NCBI GenBank assembly: GCA_963762145.1
Contig: CAVXJS010000009.1
Coordinates: forward strand, 704,001-768,000
Reading direction: 5' to 3'
From: an uncultured Candidatus Rokubacteria bacterium
GTDB lineage: Bacteria; Methylomirabilota; Methylomirabilia; Rokubacteriales; CSP1-6
DNA: 64,000 bases
The position numbers were made by a program, and so were the translations under genes. The notes below the pieces were generated by a model. The model did no database searches. It worked only from the letters and a program-made list of their open reading frames with translations, and was not told the origin of the DNA. Each line of letters begins with the position of its first letter. Within the stretch, counting starts at the first letter, position 1. This document shows positions 37,632-47,734 of the stretch, in pieces.

Positions 37632-39020
37632 CTAGTGCTTGGGCTTCTTGTCCTTTTGCTTCCGGGCGACCCACCCCTCGCGCGTCTCCTGCCGGCCGCG
37701 GGCCACCGCCAGCGATCCCGGCGGCACGTTCTTGGTGATCACCGATCCCGCCGCCACGTAGGCGCCCTCGCCGATGGTGAGCGGAGCCACCAGGCTCGAG
37801 TTGGTGCCCACGAACACGCCGTCGCCGATCACCGTCTCGTGCTTGGCCACCCCGTCGTAGTTGCAGGTGATGGTGCCGGCCCCGATGTTCACGCCTTCGC
37901 CCATCTGGGTATCGCCCACGTAGGAGAGATGCGGCACCTTGGAGCCGCGCCCGATCCGCGACTTCTTCAGCTCCACGAAGTTGCCGACCTTGGCCTTCGC
38001 GCCCACGTGGCTCTGCGGGCGCAGGTGGCAGAAGGGGCCGAGCTGGACGTCGTCCTCGACGGTCGAGGCGGCGAGCACGCAGTACGGCTTGAGCAGAACC
38101 CGATCCCCGAGCGTCGTGTCGGCCACGTGGCAGCCGGTGTTCACCACGCACTCCGCCCCCACCACCGTCCGGCCTTCCAGGATCACGCCCGGGTGCAGCA
38201 CGGTGTCGGCGCCGATCGTCACGGTGTCGTCCACGTACGTGGTGGCGGGATCGATCACGGTGACCCCGCCCGCCATGAGGCGGTCGAGGATGCGCCGCCG
38301 CATGATGGCGGAGAGCTCCGCGAGCTGCTTGCGGTCGTTGACTCCCAGGCACTCGCTCGGATCGTCGGTGATCACCGCCTCCAGCCGCTGTCCCTGACGA
38401 TGCAGGATCCCGATCACGTCGGTGAGGTAGTACTCGCTCTGCTCGTTCTCGGGGGTGACCTGGGCCAGCGCGGGCCAGAAGCGCGCGGCGTCGAAGCAGT
38501 ACACGCTGGTGCCGATCTCCCGGATCTGCCGCTGGGCCGGGGTCGCGTCGCGATGCTCCACGATTCCGACCGGCCGGTCCTGTTCCCGCACCACGCGGCC
38601 GTAGCCGCTGGGGTCCGCCACCTCGGCGGTCAGCAGGGTGGCCGCCGCGCCGGTCCGCACATGATGGTCCACCAGCCGCTTGAGCGTCGCGTCCGACAGC
38701 AGCGGCACGTCGCCCGGCAGGACCAGCAGCGTGCCGGGGCCGTCCCCACAGGCCACGCGGGCCTGCAGCACGGCGTGCCCGGTCCCCAGGCGCTCCTTCT
38801 GCTCCACGAAGCCGGCCCCGGTCTCCGGGGAGACCGCCGCCCGCACCTCGTCGGCCGCCCGGCCCACCACCACGACGACCCGGCTGCCGAGGGTCCGGGC
38901 CGCGTTGACGGGATAACCGATCAGGGGGCGTCCGCAGAGGCTGTGGAGGACCTTCGGCCGGTTCGAACGCATGCGCTTGGCCTCGCCGGCCGCGAGGATC
39001 ACGGTGGTCAGCTGAGTCAT
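37632..39020 (-). CDS. glmU: Bifunctional UDP-GlcNAc pyrophosphorylase/acetyltransferase
   Basis: 'ILAAG..RM.S..PKVLH', 'EYYLTD', 'GNFVE', 'CNYDG'. Confidence 0.95.
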   Translation of the reverse strand: MTQLTTVILAAGEAKRMRSNRPKVLHSLCGRPLIGYPVNAARTLGSRVVVVVGRAADEVRAAVSPETGAGFVEQKERLGTGHAVLQARVACGDGPGTLLVLPGDVPLLSDATLKRLVDHHVRTGAAATLLTAEVADPSGYGRVVREQDRPVGIVEHRDATPAQRQIREIGTSVYCFDAARFWPALAQVTPENEQSEYYLTDVIGILHRQGQRLEAVITDDPSECLGVNDRKQLAELSAIMRRRILDRLMAGGVTVIDPATTYVDDTVTIGADTVLHPGVILEGRTVVGAECVVNTGCHVADTTLGDRVLLKPYCVLAASTVEDDVQLGPFCHLRPQSHVGAKAKVGNFVELKKSRIGRGSKVPHLSYVGDTQMGEGVNIGAGTITCNYDGVAKHETVIGDGVFVGTNSSLVAPLTIGEGAYVAAGSVITKNVPPGSLAVARGRQETREGWVARKQKDKKPKH

Positions 39021-39112
39021 TGTGGCATCCATCGTAGCACGCGGCATGCCACGGTTCAGGGCGCGGATTGATCCCTCAAACGCGCGCGAAGCCGCGCGAA
39101 TACGGCGCTCGG

Positions 39113-40105
39113 CTAGCGCGACCTGTTGCGCAGATGAGACAGGATCTGGCCGATCCTGTCGGGCAGAGGACACGAAAAGTCCATCGGCGCCCCCGTGGTG
39201 GGATGCGTGAACGCGAGACCCGCCGCGTGGAGCGCCACGCCGCCCAGCCCGGAGATCAGCTCGGTCAACCGCTCGTCCCCGGCCGGCGCCGCTCGGCGGC
39301 CCCGATAGGTATCGTCCCCCAGGAGGGGATGCCCCAGCGAGGCCAGGTGCACGCGAATCTGGTGGGTGCGCCCGGTCTCGAGCCGACATTCGACCAGGGA
39401 GACCGCCCCCGCGGCGGCGCCGAAGCGCTCGAGCACGCGGAAGTGGGTCACCGCGCGCTTGCCCCTGTCCTCCCTCAGCACCGCCATGCGCAGACGCGAG
39501 CGCGGATCGCGCCCGATCGTGGTGTCGATCACGCCCTGGGCCCGCCGCACCGAGCCCTGGGCCAGGCAGAGATAGCGCCGTCTGACCGTCCGCCGAGCGA
39601 GCTGGGCCGTGAGGGCGTCGTAGGCCACCTGGGTCTTGGCCAGCACGATCAGCCCGGAGGTGCCCTTGTCGAGGCGGTGCACGATCCCCGGCCGGCGAGG
39701 GCTGCCCACCCCGGCCATCCCGGGCGCGTGCGCGAGCGCGGCGGCGGCCAGCGTGCCGGTCGGCCGACCGGCCCCCGGATGCGTCACCATGCCCACCGGC
39801 TTGTCCACCACGAGCACGTGCTCGTCCTCGAACACGATGCTGAGCGCGACCGGCTCCGGGGCCAGCCCCTCCCGGGGCGGCGGGGGAATCGACACCTCCA
39901 CCCCGTCCCCCGCCTGCACCCGGTAGGCGGCCTTCACCACCCGTCCTCCGACCAGCACGCGGCCCGCTTCGATCAGCCCCTTGACCCGCATCCGCGACAG
40001 GTCGTCCAGCCGTACCGCCAGCCACGCATCCAGCCGCGCGCCCCCGTCCGTCGCGGCCACCACGCCGCGCCAGTCCCGGGGGAGATCGGCCCCGGATTGG
40101 CTCAA
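39113..40105 (-). CDS. rluD: RluA/RluD family pseudouridine synthase
   Basis: S4 domain, 'HRLDKGTSG', 'TGRTHQIRVH'. Confidence 0.9.
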   Translation of the reverse strand: MSQSGADLPRDWRGVVAATDGGARLDAWLAVRLDDLSRMRVKGLIEAGRVLVGGRVVKAAYRVQAGDGVEVSIPPPPREGLAPEPVALSIVFEDEHVLVVDKPVGMVTHPGAGRPTGTLAAAALAHAPGMAGVGSPRRPGIVHRLDKGTSGLIVLAKTQVAYDALTAQLARRTVRRRYLCLAQGSVRRAQGVIDTTIGRDPRSRLRMAVLREDRGKRAVTHFRVLERFGAAAGAVSLVECRLETGRTHQIRVHLASLGHPLLGDDTYRGRRAAPAGDERLTELISGLGGVALHAAGLAFTHPTTGAPMDFSCPLPDRIGQILSHLRNRSR

Positions 40106-40148
40106 TGGGACCCGGCCCGTGCCCGGTCAACCACGCCGCGCCCGGAGA

Positions 40149-40625
40149 TCAGCGAGAGGGGGAGGGCGGCGCCGTGAGCATGCGGAGCGCCAGCAGCACG
40201 ACGCCGACGGAGATGGACGCGTCCGCCACGTTGAACGCCGGCCAGTGATACCCGCGCCAGTAGAAATCGAGGAAGTCCACGACCGCGCCGAAGCGCGCGC
40301 GATCGATCAGGTTGCCAACCGCGCCCCCGAAGATGAGCCCCAGGGCGAACGGGGTGAGTCGCCCCCCCGTCGGCAGCATGCGCAGGCCCACGACGGCCAG
40401 CACGCCGAGCGCGCCGATCGACAGCAGGGCCACGAGCCAGCGCCAGCCGGCGGGCGTGCCGGCGAGCATCCCGAACGCGAGACCGGGATTCATGACGAGC
40501 GTGAGGGAGAAGGACCCGTCGATCACCGAGACCGGTCGGCCGGGGGCCAGGCGCTCGAGCGCCAGGTGCTTGGTGATCAGATCCAGGACGAGGACGGCGA
40601 CCGCGGTGAGGGCGGCCGACCTCAC
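40149..40625 (-). CDS. lspA: Lipoprotein signal peptidase II
   Basis: 'NPGLAFG', 'GNLIDR', 'VVDF', 'FNVAD'. Confidence 0.95.
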   Translation of the reverse strand: MRSAALTAVAVLVLDLITKHLALERLAPGRPVSVIDGSFSLTLVMNPGLAFGMLAGTPAGWRWLVALLSIGALGVLAVVGLRMLPTGGRLTPFALGLIFGGAVGNLIDRARFGAVVDFLDFYWRGYHWPAFNVADASISVGVVLLALRMLTAPPSPSR

Positions 40626-43468
40626 CGCTGGAGCGCCGTCACGACCGGAGCGCAGCGCTCGCAGAGGCTCGGGTGCGTGGGGTCCTCGCCCACCCGTTGG
40701 CTCCAGGTCCAGCACCGCTCGCACTTCTTCCAGCCGAGGGCCTGGGCGGGCACGACCTCGAGGAGAAGGCCGGGGATGTCCTGGCTCTCGTACCGCACCG
40801 CCTCCCCGGGGGCGCGCTGCTTGAGCCGCGTGCCCGACACGTTGAAGAGGGTGGTGAGCAGGGCTTCTCCCTTGGCCTCGAGCAACGGGAGCCACTGCTC
40901 CTCGGGAGCGCTCGGGATGTAGAGCACCGCGTCGATGCCCTTGCCGATCTTCCCCTGCTGGCGGGCCGCCTCGAGCGCGCGCGAGACCTCGCCGCGCACC
41001 TCGAGCAGCCGCTCCCAGTCCGCGCTGAGGCGCTCGTTCAACCACTCCCCGCGCTCCTCCGGGAAGACCACGAGGTGCACGCTCTCCGGCTTGCCCCGCC
41101 CCGGGATGTGCGACCAGACCTCATCGGCGGTGAAGGTCAGGATCGGCGCCATCAGGCGCGTCAGCGCGGTGAGCACCTCGAAGCAGACCGTCTGCGAGGC
41201 GCGCCGCCGCGAGTCGTCCGGGGCCGACACGTAGAGCCGGTCCTTGATGGTGTCGAGGTAGAGCGCCGAGAGGTCCACCGCGCAGAAGTTGTGGAGCGCG
41301 TGGAACGCGACGTGGAACTGGTACTCCTCGTAGGCCCGGCGCACGCGCGCGATCAGCCCGCCCAGGCGCAGCAGCGCCCAGTGGTCGAGCTCGTCCATGT
41401 CGCCGTACGGACGCCGGTCGCGCTCCGGGTCGAAGTCGGCCAGGGTGCCGAGGAGGAAGCGCGAGGTGTTGCGGATGCGCCGGTACGCGTCGGCGAGCCG
41501 GTTCAGGATCTCGTGGGAGAGCCGGATGTCCTCGGACGAGTCCTCCGCCGCGACCCACAGGCGCAGGACCTCGGCCCCGTACTTCGGGATCAGCTCGTCG
41601 GGGGAGATGTTGTTGCCCCCCGACTTGGACATCTTCCGGCCCTCGCCGTCCACGACGAACCCGTGGGTGAGGACGGAGCGGTAGGGCGGGTGGTCACGCG
41701 TGCCGACCGCCTCCAGCAGCGAGGAGTGGAACCAGCCGCGATGCTGGTCCGAGCCCTCGAGGTACATCTCGGCGGGCCACCGCAGCTCCGGACGCGTCTC
41801 GAGCACCGCGGCGTGGCTGCAGCCCGAGTCGAACCACACGTCGAGGATGTCGGTCTCCTTGCGGAACTCCCCGCCCCCGCACTTCGGGCAGCGCGTGCCC
41901 GCGGGCAGCAGCGCGGCGGCCTCCCGCGTGTACCACTCGTCCGCCCCGGCGCCGTCGCGCATGATCCCGGCCACGTGCGTGACCAGCGCCTCGTCGAGGA
42001 GCAGCCCGTCGCAGCTCGTGCAGTAGAACGCGACGATCGGCACGCCCCACACGCGCTGGCGGGAGATGACCCACTCCGGCCGGTGCGCCACCATGTTGTA
42101 GATGCGCTCCTCGCCCCACCCGGGGATCCACGTCACCTCGCTCCGGATCGCGTCGAGGGCCCGCTGGCGGAGCCCGTGGCGGTCCAGCGCGATGAACCAC
42201 TGCTCGGTCGCGCGGAACAGCGTCGGATTCTTGCAGCGCCAGCAGTGCGGGTAGGTGTGCTGGAGCGGGACCTGGGCCACGAGCGCGCCCGCCGCGCGGA
42301 GGTGCTCGATGATGCGCGGGTTCGCCTCCCAGACGGTCTGGCCCGCGAAGTGGGCGACCTCGGCGACGAAGCGGCCGTCGTCGTCCACCGGGTTGTAGAT
42401 CTTGAGCCCGGCCTGGCGGCCGAGCTCGTAGTCTTCCTCCCCGTGTCCGGGCGCGATGTGAACCAGTCCGGTGCCGGCGTCCATCGCCACGAAATCCGCG
42501 TTGAGCACGGGCACGTCGCGATCGATCCACGGGTGCCGGGCGACGATCTCCTTGAGCGCCTGCCCCGGCACCGCGAGCGGCAGGGGAGCGGCGAGCCCCT
42601 TCACCCCGGGCAGGCGCAGGAACGCCTCGAGCAGCGGCTGGGCGACGACGAGCGCCTGGCCGCCGAGCTCCACCGCGGTGTAGGTCTCGGTGGGGTGCAC
42701 CGCGATCGCGAGGTTGGCCGGCAAGGTCCACGGCGTGGTCGTCCAGATCACGAGCGAGACCGGCCGGCCGCCGGCCGCGCGGGCGATCTCCGCGGGCACC
42801 GTCTTGACCGGGAACTTCACGTAGACCGACGGCGCGGTCTGGTCCTCGTACTCCACCTCGGCCTGGGCGAGGGCGGTCTTGCAGTGCATGCACCAGTGCA
42901 CGGGCTTGAGGCCCTTGTGCACCAGGTCGCGGCCCACGAACCGCCCGAACTCGCGCGCGATCACCGCCTGGTAGGCGGGTGCCATCGTCCGGTAGGGATC
43001 GCTCCAGTCGCCGAACACGCCCAGGCGCCGGAACTCCTCCCGCTGGATGTCGATGAACTTGGACGCGTACTCGCGGCAGCGACGGCGCTTCTCCATGGGG
43101 TCCATGGCCTGACGCACGTCCACGCTCGCCTGGTCGAGGCCGAGCTCCTTGTCCACCTGGTGCTCGATCGGCAGCCCGTGACAATCCCAGCCCGGCACGT
43201 AGACCGCGTTGTGGCCCAGCATGGAGCGCGACTTCACGACGAGATCCTTGAGGATCTTGTTCAGCGCGGTGCCCATGTGGATGTGGCCGTTCGCGTACGG
43301 CGGTCCGTCGTGGAGGATCCACCGCGGACGATTCGCCGAGGCCTGCCGGATCCGCCCATAGATGTCCATCGCCGCCCAGCGCTCGAGCCACTCCGGCTCC
43401 ATCTTGGGCAGGTTGGCCTTCATGGGAAACGCAGTCTTGGGCAGGTTTAGCGTGTCCTTGTAATCCAT
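40622..43468 (-). CDS. ileS: Isoleucine-tRNA ligase
   Basis: 'HDGPPYANG', 'WTTTPWT', '[10 protein letters not shown]', 'KMSKS'. Confidence 0.97.
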   Translation of the reverse strand: MDYKDTLNLPKTAFPMKANLPKMEPEWLERWAAMDIYGRIRQASANRPRWILHDGPPYANGHIHMGTALNKILKDLVVKSRSMLGHNAVYVPGWDCHGLPIEHQVDKELGLDQASVDVRQAMDPMEKRRRCREYASKFIDIQREEFRRLGVFGDWSDPYRTMAPAYQAVIAREFGRFVGRDLVHKGLKPVHWCMHCKTALAQAEVEYEDQTAPSVYVKFPVKTVPAEIARAAGGRPVSLVIWTTTPWTLPANLAIAVHPTETYTAVELGGQALVVAQPLLEAFLRLPGVKGLAAPLPLAVPGQALKEIVARHPWIDRDVPVLNADFVAMDAGTGLVHIAPGHGEEDYELGRQAGLKIYNPVDDDGRFVAEVAHFAGQTVWEANPRIIEHLRAAGALVAQVPLQHTYPHCWRCKNPTLFRATEQWFIALDRHGLRQRALDAIRSEVTWIPGWGEERIYNMVAHRPEWVISRQRVWGVPIVAFYCTSCDGLLLDEALVTHVAGIMRDGAGADEWYTREAAALLPAGTRCPKCGGGEFRKETDILDVWFDSGCSHAAVLETRPELRWPAEMYLEGSDQHRGWFHSSLLEAVGTRDHPPYRSVLTHGFVVDGEGRKMSKSGGNNISPDELIPKYGAEVLRLWVAAEDSSEDIRLSHEILNRLADAYRRIRNTSRFLLGTLADFDPERDRRPYGDMDELDHWALLRLGGLIARVRRAYEEYQFHVAFHALHNFCAVDLSALYLDTIKDRLYVSAPDDSRRRASQTVCFEVLTALTRLMAPILTFTADEVWSHIPGRGKPESVHLVVFPEERGEWLNERLSADWERLLEVRGEVSRALEAARQQGKIGKGIDAVLYIPSAPEEQWLPLLEAKGEALLTTLFNVSGTRLKQRAPGEAVRYESQDIPGLLLEVVPAQALGWKKCERCWTWSQRVGEDPTHPSLCERCAPVVTALQR

Positions 43469-43537
43469 AGAGGGCCAAAGCTAGCACTCATCCCGGGTCC
43501 CGGCAAGAACGCGGCCCCGGAGCGGGCCGACGGCGAG

Positions 43538-44176
43538 TTACTTCTTGGGGGTCAGCGTGACGACGCGGGCGGCGCTGTCGATCGTGACGATGAAGTGGTC
43601 GAGGAAGTCACGGCCGAGCAGGCCGTCGCGCCCCGACCCGAGGCCGGAATCGTGGGAAACGACCATCAGCGGGCCGACCCGGGCACCCTCCACCTCGATG
43701 CTCTCGATCCGCACCGCGAGGACATTGGCGTCACCGGTCACACCCTTGATGGAGCCGCGAACGGCGTCGCGGTAGCTGATGCCCAGCGCGGCCAGGGCGG
43801 TGGGGCTGATCAGCGTCCCCTGGGCGCCCGTATCGAGGATGAGCTGCGTGGTACCGCCGCCGTTGATCTTGGCCGAGACCATGATCGGCTGCCCGGGCGT
43901 GAACGGGATGCGGGCCACCCCCGCGGGCTGGGCGGTCGGCGCGGCAGGCTGGGGCGCGGGCGAGGCGAGAGCGGGCGGCGGAGCCTGACTCGGCGAGCCG
44001 ACGATCACCGCCCCGCCGCGAAACTGCGGCGGCACGCTGTTGATGCCCTGAGAGAAACGCACCTCGCCGCGCTCGTCGGTCCAGCGGTAGATCTGCGCGG
44101 ACGCGGGCGTGAACGCGCCCGACAGCAGGCTGCCGAGCGCCAGGATCACCGCGAGAAGGGGGAAGCGGCTCTTCAT
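43538..44176 (-). CDS. Secreted retropepsin-like aspartic protease with DUF4124-like N-terminus
   Basis: signal peptide, 'IYRWTDERG', 'LDTGA', 'GLLGRDFL'. Confidence 0.82.
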   Translation of the reverse strand: MKSRFPLLAVILALGSLLSGAFTPASAQIYRWTDERGEVRFSQGINSVPPQFRGGAVIVGSPSQAPPPALASPAPQPAAPTAQPAGVARIPFTPGQPIMVSAKINGGGTTQLILDTGAQGTLISPTALAALGISYRDAVRGSIKGVTGDANVLAVRIESIEVEGARVGPLMVVSHDSGLGSGRDGLLGRDFLDHFIVTIDSAARVVTLTPKK

Positions 44177-45843
44177 TGATACCTGGTGACAAGTATACGA
44201 TCCCCGGGAATTTCCCCGGCCGGCTCCCACGGAGCCCCCGGGCCCCTAGCCAGAGCTCCCGGACAGGGCTGCCGATCCTTGCGCCAGCGGCTCCAGGCGG
44301 TCTCGTAGACCACCAGCTCGTCGGCTCCCGCCACCTCGTTGTGGGCGAGCCGCACGCGGTACACGGGATGGAAGCGCTCGGCCATCGCCGAGATGGTCGG
44401 GAACCACGCCGGAAAGACGATCAGATAGTCGGGGCAGACATGCTCGAGGTATCGCAGCACGCCCGGCTCGCCAGCCCGGCGGAACGGAATGATGGCGGGC
44501 GTGATCAGGCCCATCACGTCGACGACCTCGCGCCGCGAGACGTAGGCGATCGCCCCGACGTCGTTCAGGGCGATCCGCGCCGTCGGGGGCGTGTGGCGCG
44601 CCACCCAGTGGCCGAGATGCACCTGCATCGCCTCGATGTTCTGGACCGCCCATCCGTAGCGCGTCGCCGCGGACGGCAGCGCCGCGACGGCGGCCACGAG
44701 GAGCGCCGCGGCGGCGATCCATCCCGCGCGCGCGCTTACCCATTTGGCCCCCCTCACCCATTTGGCCCGCCTCACCCTGCCCTCTTCCCCGGAGGGGGAG
44801 AGGGTGGAGTAGGAAAAGAGGGGGGTCAGAGACACGCTGGCGACGACGAGTGCGAGCGGAAGCAGGTGGATGGAGTAGCGGCCCTCCTGGAAGGACGGGG
44901 CGCGATAGGGTGCGAGCAGGGCCATCGCGAGCGGGTGGAGCACGAGCACGGAGGCGGGAGCGAGCGCCGCGCGGCCGACGTGGCGCCCGAGCCACCAGAG
45001 CCCGGGCAGCAGCAGGAGCGGCAGGAGCGCATCCACCCGCCACAGCCAGCGCACCCATTCCGTCTCGAACTGCCACGGCCGCTGGAGGAGCGTCGTGTGG
45101 AGCGGCTCGCGCACCCCCGCGAGGAACCCGACCAGGCCGCCCTCGATCTTCGCCGCCGCCGTGGCCGGCAGCGGCGTTCCGGTCGTGACGAGGTTGAAGC
45201 CGACCCAGGGGACCAGGAATCCCGCGACCGGAAGCCCCCACGCCAGCGCGCGCCGCCCCGTGAGCGGACCTGCCAGCCAGAAGAGGGGGAGCAGCAGAAC
45301 GGCCTCCGGGCGAGCGAGCGCGGCAAGCCCGAGCGCACCGCTCGCCAGCCAGACACGGGCGCGCGCGTGCAGCAGGAACGCCGCCATCACCAGCAGCGCG
45401 GCCAGCGCGACCTCCATGCCCGAGAGTGCGCCCCACACCATCGGCCCGGCGAGCACCACCAGCAGGGAGGCGAGGACGGCGACTTCGGGGCGGCCGGCCC
45501 AGATCAGGGCAAGGCGGCCGGCCAGCCACGCCGTCCCGAGGGTGCCGGCGATACCCAGCGCCTTCGCCAGCACGGGGTGGCTCCCGAAGGCCGCGAACGT
45601 GGCGCCGAGCGTGAGCGTCCAGAGGGGAGCGGTCGAGCCCGACACCGGCACGCCCGGGTTGTAGGAGAAGCCGCGCCCCTCGGCCAGGTTCCGCGCGAAC
45701 TGCAGGTGGATCCACGAGTCGTCGAGCGGGAAGGCCTCCACGCCGAGCACCCCCGCGAGCTGGCGCGTCCTCAGCAGGAAGAGACCGACCGCCAGGGCGA
45801 GCGCGGCGGCCGGGGCGGCGACGGCGAGTGTCCGTCCCGTCAC
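44173..45843 (-). CDS. Polytopic membrane protein, GT-C glycosyltransferase-like
   Basis: 'DDSWIHLQFARN', 'SGME', 'LARPE', 'DVGAIAY', 'DVMGL'. Confidence 0.7.
   Translation of the reverse strand: MTGRTLAVAAPAAALALAVGLFLLRTRQLAGVLGVEAFPLDDSWIHLQFARNLAEGRGFSYNPGVPVSGSTAPLWTLTLGATFAAFGSHPVLAKALGIAGTLGTAWLAGRLALIWAGRPEVAVLASLLVVLAGPMVWGALSGMEVALAALLVMAAFLLHARARVWLASGALGLAALARPEAVLLLPLFWLAGPLTGRRALAWGLPVAGFLVPWVGFNLVTTGTPLPATAAAKIEGGLVGFLAGVREPLHTTLLQRPWQFETEWVRWLWRVDALLPLLLLPGLWWLGRHVGRAALAPASVLVLHPLAMALLAPYRAPSFQEGRYSIHLLPLALVVASVSLTPLFSYSTLSPSGEEGRVRRAKWVRGAKWVSARAGWIAAAALLVAAVAALPSAATRYGWAVQNIEAMQVHLGHWVARHTPPTARIALNDVGAIAYVSRREVVDVMGLITPAIIPFRRAGEPGVLRYLEHVCPDYLIVFPAWFPTISAMAERFHPVYRVRLAHNEVAGADELVVYETAWSRWRKDRQPCPGALARGPGAPWEPAGEIPGDRILVTRYQ
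44736..44830. repeat. CCCTCACCC-family REP plus 18-nt tandem duplication inside a CDS
   Basis: acccatttggcccccctc/acccatttggcccgcctc followed by cctcaccctgccctcttcccc..ggggagaggg. Confidence 0.75.
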
Positions 45844-47450
45844 CGGGCGGCGCGCTCGAAGGTGTAGCCGGCGTACTCGGCGGGTCTGCGGGTGAGCGGC
45901 AGGACGTACAGATAGCGGCCGTACGGGAGCTGGACCTCTCGCAGGCCCTCGGGCCGCGGTGTTGCCGGATCCCAGTGATCCACGAACCAGACGAGCCGTC
46001 GAATCTCCGCGGGCAACCGGATGTACGAGCCGGGGGTGAGGATCATGGTCGCGGCGGATTGCGGGGCGTAGAAGCCGGCCGGCATCGGGCCGACCTGCAC
46101 CTGGTAGATGGGATACTCCGGCATGTAGAACATCGCGTGGCGCAGCCACGGGTAGGAGCGGGGATTGCCGAGCTCGGTCACGAGCGCGGTATCGGAGGGC
46201 TCGTAGACCGTGCGGATGGCCTCGACGTAGGTGCGGATCACCGCCTCGTGCTCGCGCAGCGCGGCCGCGGTGCGGCTCATGATCCAGTCGTGAAACTCGT
46301 CGCGCGCGCGCCAGAACCACTTGTCGCCCGCCGTCCGATGCTCGAACTCGCGCGGCAACGGACGCGCGCTCACGAAGAAGCCGGTGTTGATCAGCACCAG
46401 GGGCAGGACCGCGGCGGTGGTGAGCGCCCAGCGCCAGTTGGGCCGGCGCAGCCGCGCGGAGCCCGCCGCGACGGCCCACACGAGCACGCGGCTCAGCAGG
46501 ATCACGAGCGCGGGCAGGAACGTCAGCACGTAGCCCGCCTGCCCGAAGTGCACGAGCGTGTAGAAGATCCCCGCCGGGAGTATCCACGCGAGCAGGAAGA
46601 GCTCGGGCGCGCGCCAGCCCACGCGGCGCGCGTACACCGGCAGGGCCAGCGCCACCAGGCCGAGCGGGCCGAGCCCGACCAGGATGGACTCGAGCAGGTA
46701 GCGTATCTGGGCGAGCGTGACCTCGAGCGAGCCGCCGAGCACCGAGGTCGGGACGAGCATCGAGCCGTAGAGCTGGGTGGAGGCGGCCAGGTACGCGGCG
46801 GGACCGCCGCTCAGCCAGAGCATCGGCAGGAGCCACGAGAGCACGGACGCCACCAGGATTCCGCCCGCCAGCGCCAGGCGGCGCCGCGAGCGGACTCCGA
46901 GCATCGCGCACCCGAGCCAGAGCGGCAGGAGCAGGAGCAGGACCGACTGCCGCACGCCGCCGGTGAGACCGAGGGCCAGCGCGCCCCAGTAGAGATGCCG
47001 CGCGCTGCCGCCGAGCGTCGCGTAGGCGAACCAGGCCACCACCGTCGCGGCGAACGCTTCCCCGGCATAGGTGAGACCCACCGAGCCGTAGAACCAGAAG
47101 AGCGGGCTGACCGCCAGCAGCGACGCGGCCACCAGCGCGGTGGCGCGATCGTAGAGCCGGCGCGCCAGCGCGTAGAGGACGAAGGTCGTACCCGCGCTGA
47201 AGAGCATCGCGAGCGCCACGTAGGCCAGCGTGGGATCGCCGAGCGAAGCGTTGAGCAGGCGGCCCAGTCCGACGTACAGCAAGTAGCCCGGCGGGTGCGG
47301 CTGATGCTTGGCGATGTCGAACTCGCGCAATGCGAGGGCGAACTGCACCGCGTCCCAGTTGTAGAGCATGCGGGCGCGGTACGGCCAGCGCGAGAGCAGC
47401 GTGACGATCGCGAGTCCCAGCGCCACGCACAGGTCGCCGTGACGCGCCAC
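45840..47450 (-). CDS. Polytopic membrane protein, DUF2723/GT-C-like
   Basis: 'WDAVQFALA...HQPHPPGY' and about 10 TM segments. Confidence 0.72.
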   Translation of the reverse strand: MARHGDLCVALGLAIVTLLSRWPYRARMLYNWDAVQFALALREFDIAKHQPHPPGYLLYVGLGRLLNASLGDPTLAYVALAMLFSAGTTFVLYALARRLYDRATALVAASLLAVSPLFWFYGSVGLTYAGEAFAATVVAWFAYATLGGSARHLYWGALALGLTGGVRQSVLLLLLPLWLGCAMLGVRSRRRLALAGGILVASVLSWLLPMLWLSGGPAAYLAASTQLYGSMLVPTSVLGGSLEVTLAQIRYLLESILVGLGPLGLVALALPVYARRVGWRAPELFLLAWILPAGIFYTLVHFGQAGYVLTFLPALVILLSRVLVWAVAAGSARLRRPNWRWALTTAAVLPLVLINTGFFVSARPLPREFEHRTAGDKWFWRARDEFHDWIMSRTAAALREHEAVIRTYVEAIRTVYEPSDTALVTELGNPRSYPWLRHAMFYMPEYPIYQVQVGPMPAGFYAPQSAATMILTPGSYIRLPAEIRRLVWFVDHWDPATPRPEGLREVQLPYGRYLYVLPLTRRPAEYAGYTFERAAR

Positions 47451-47508
47451 ACTGGCGAGGCGGGAAGAGTCGAGGAGGCGGGGGACGAAGTGGTTCAGAG
47501 GAGCGGAG

Positions 47509-47697
47509 CTATGCCTTCTTCTCGTCGTCCTTCTTCACGGCCGCCGCGGGCTCGTCCTTCACCTCGGCCACACCCTTCTTGAACTCCTTGATGCTGCCAC
47601 CGAGCGAACGGGCCAGATCGGGGAGACGCTGGGCCCCGAAGAGGATCAGCACGATGACCAGGATCAACAGCAGCTCTTGATATCCCAGACCGAACAT
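47509..47697 (-). CDS. tatA: Twin-arginine translocase TatA
   Basis: 'ILFGAQRLPDLARSLG..IKEFKK'; RBS AAGGAG. Confidence 0.93.
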   Translation of the reverse strand: MFGLGYQELLLILVIVLILFGAQRLPDLARSLGGSIKEFKKGVAEVKDEPAAAVKKDDEKKA

Positions 47698-47734
47698 GGC
47701 GGGACTCCTTTCCTTTTCCTGACGCCCCCTTACC

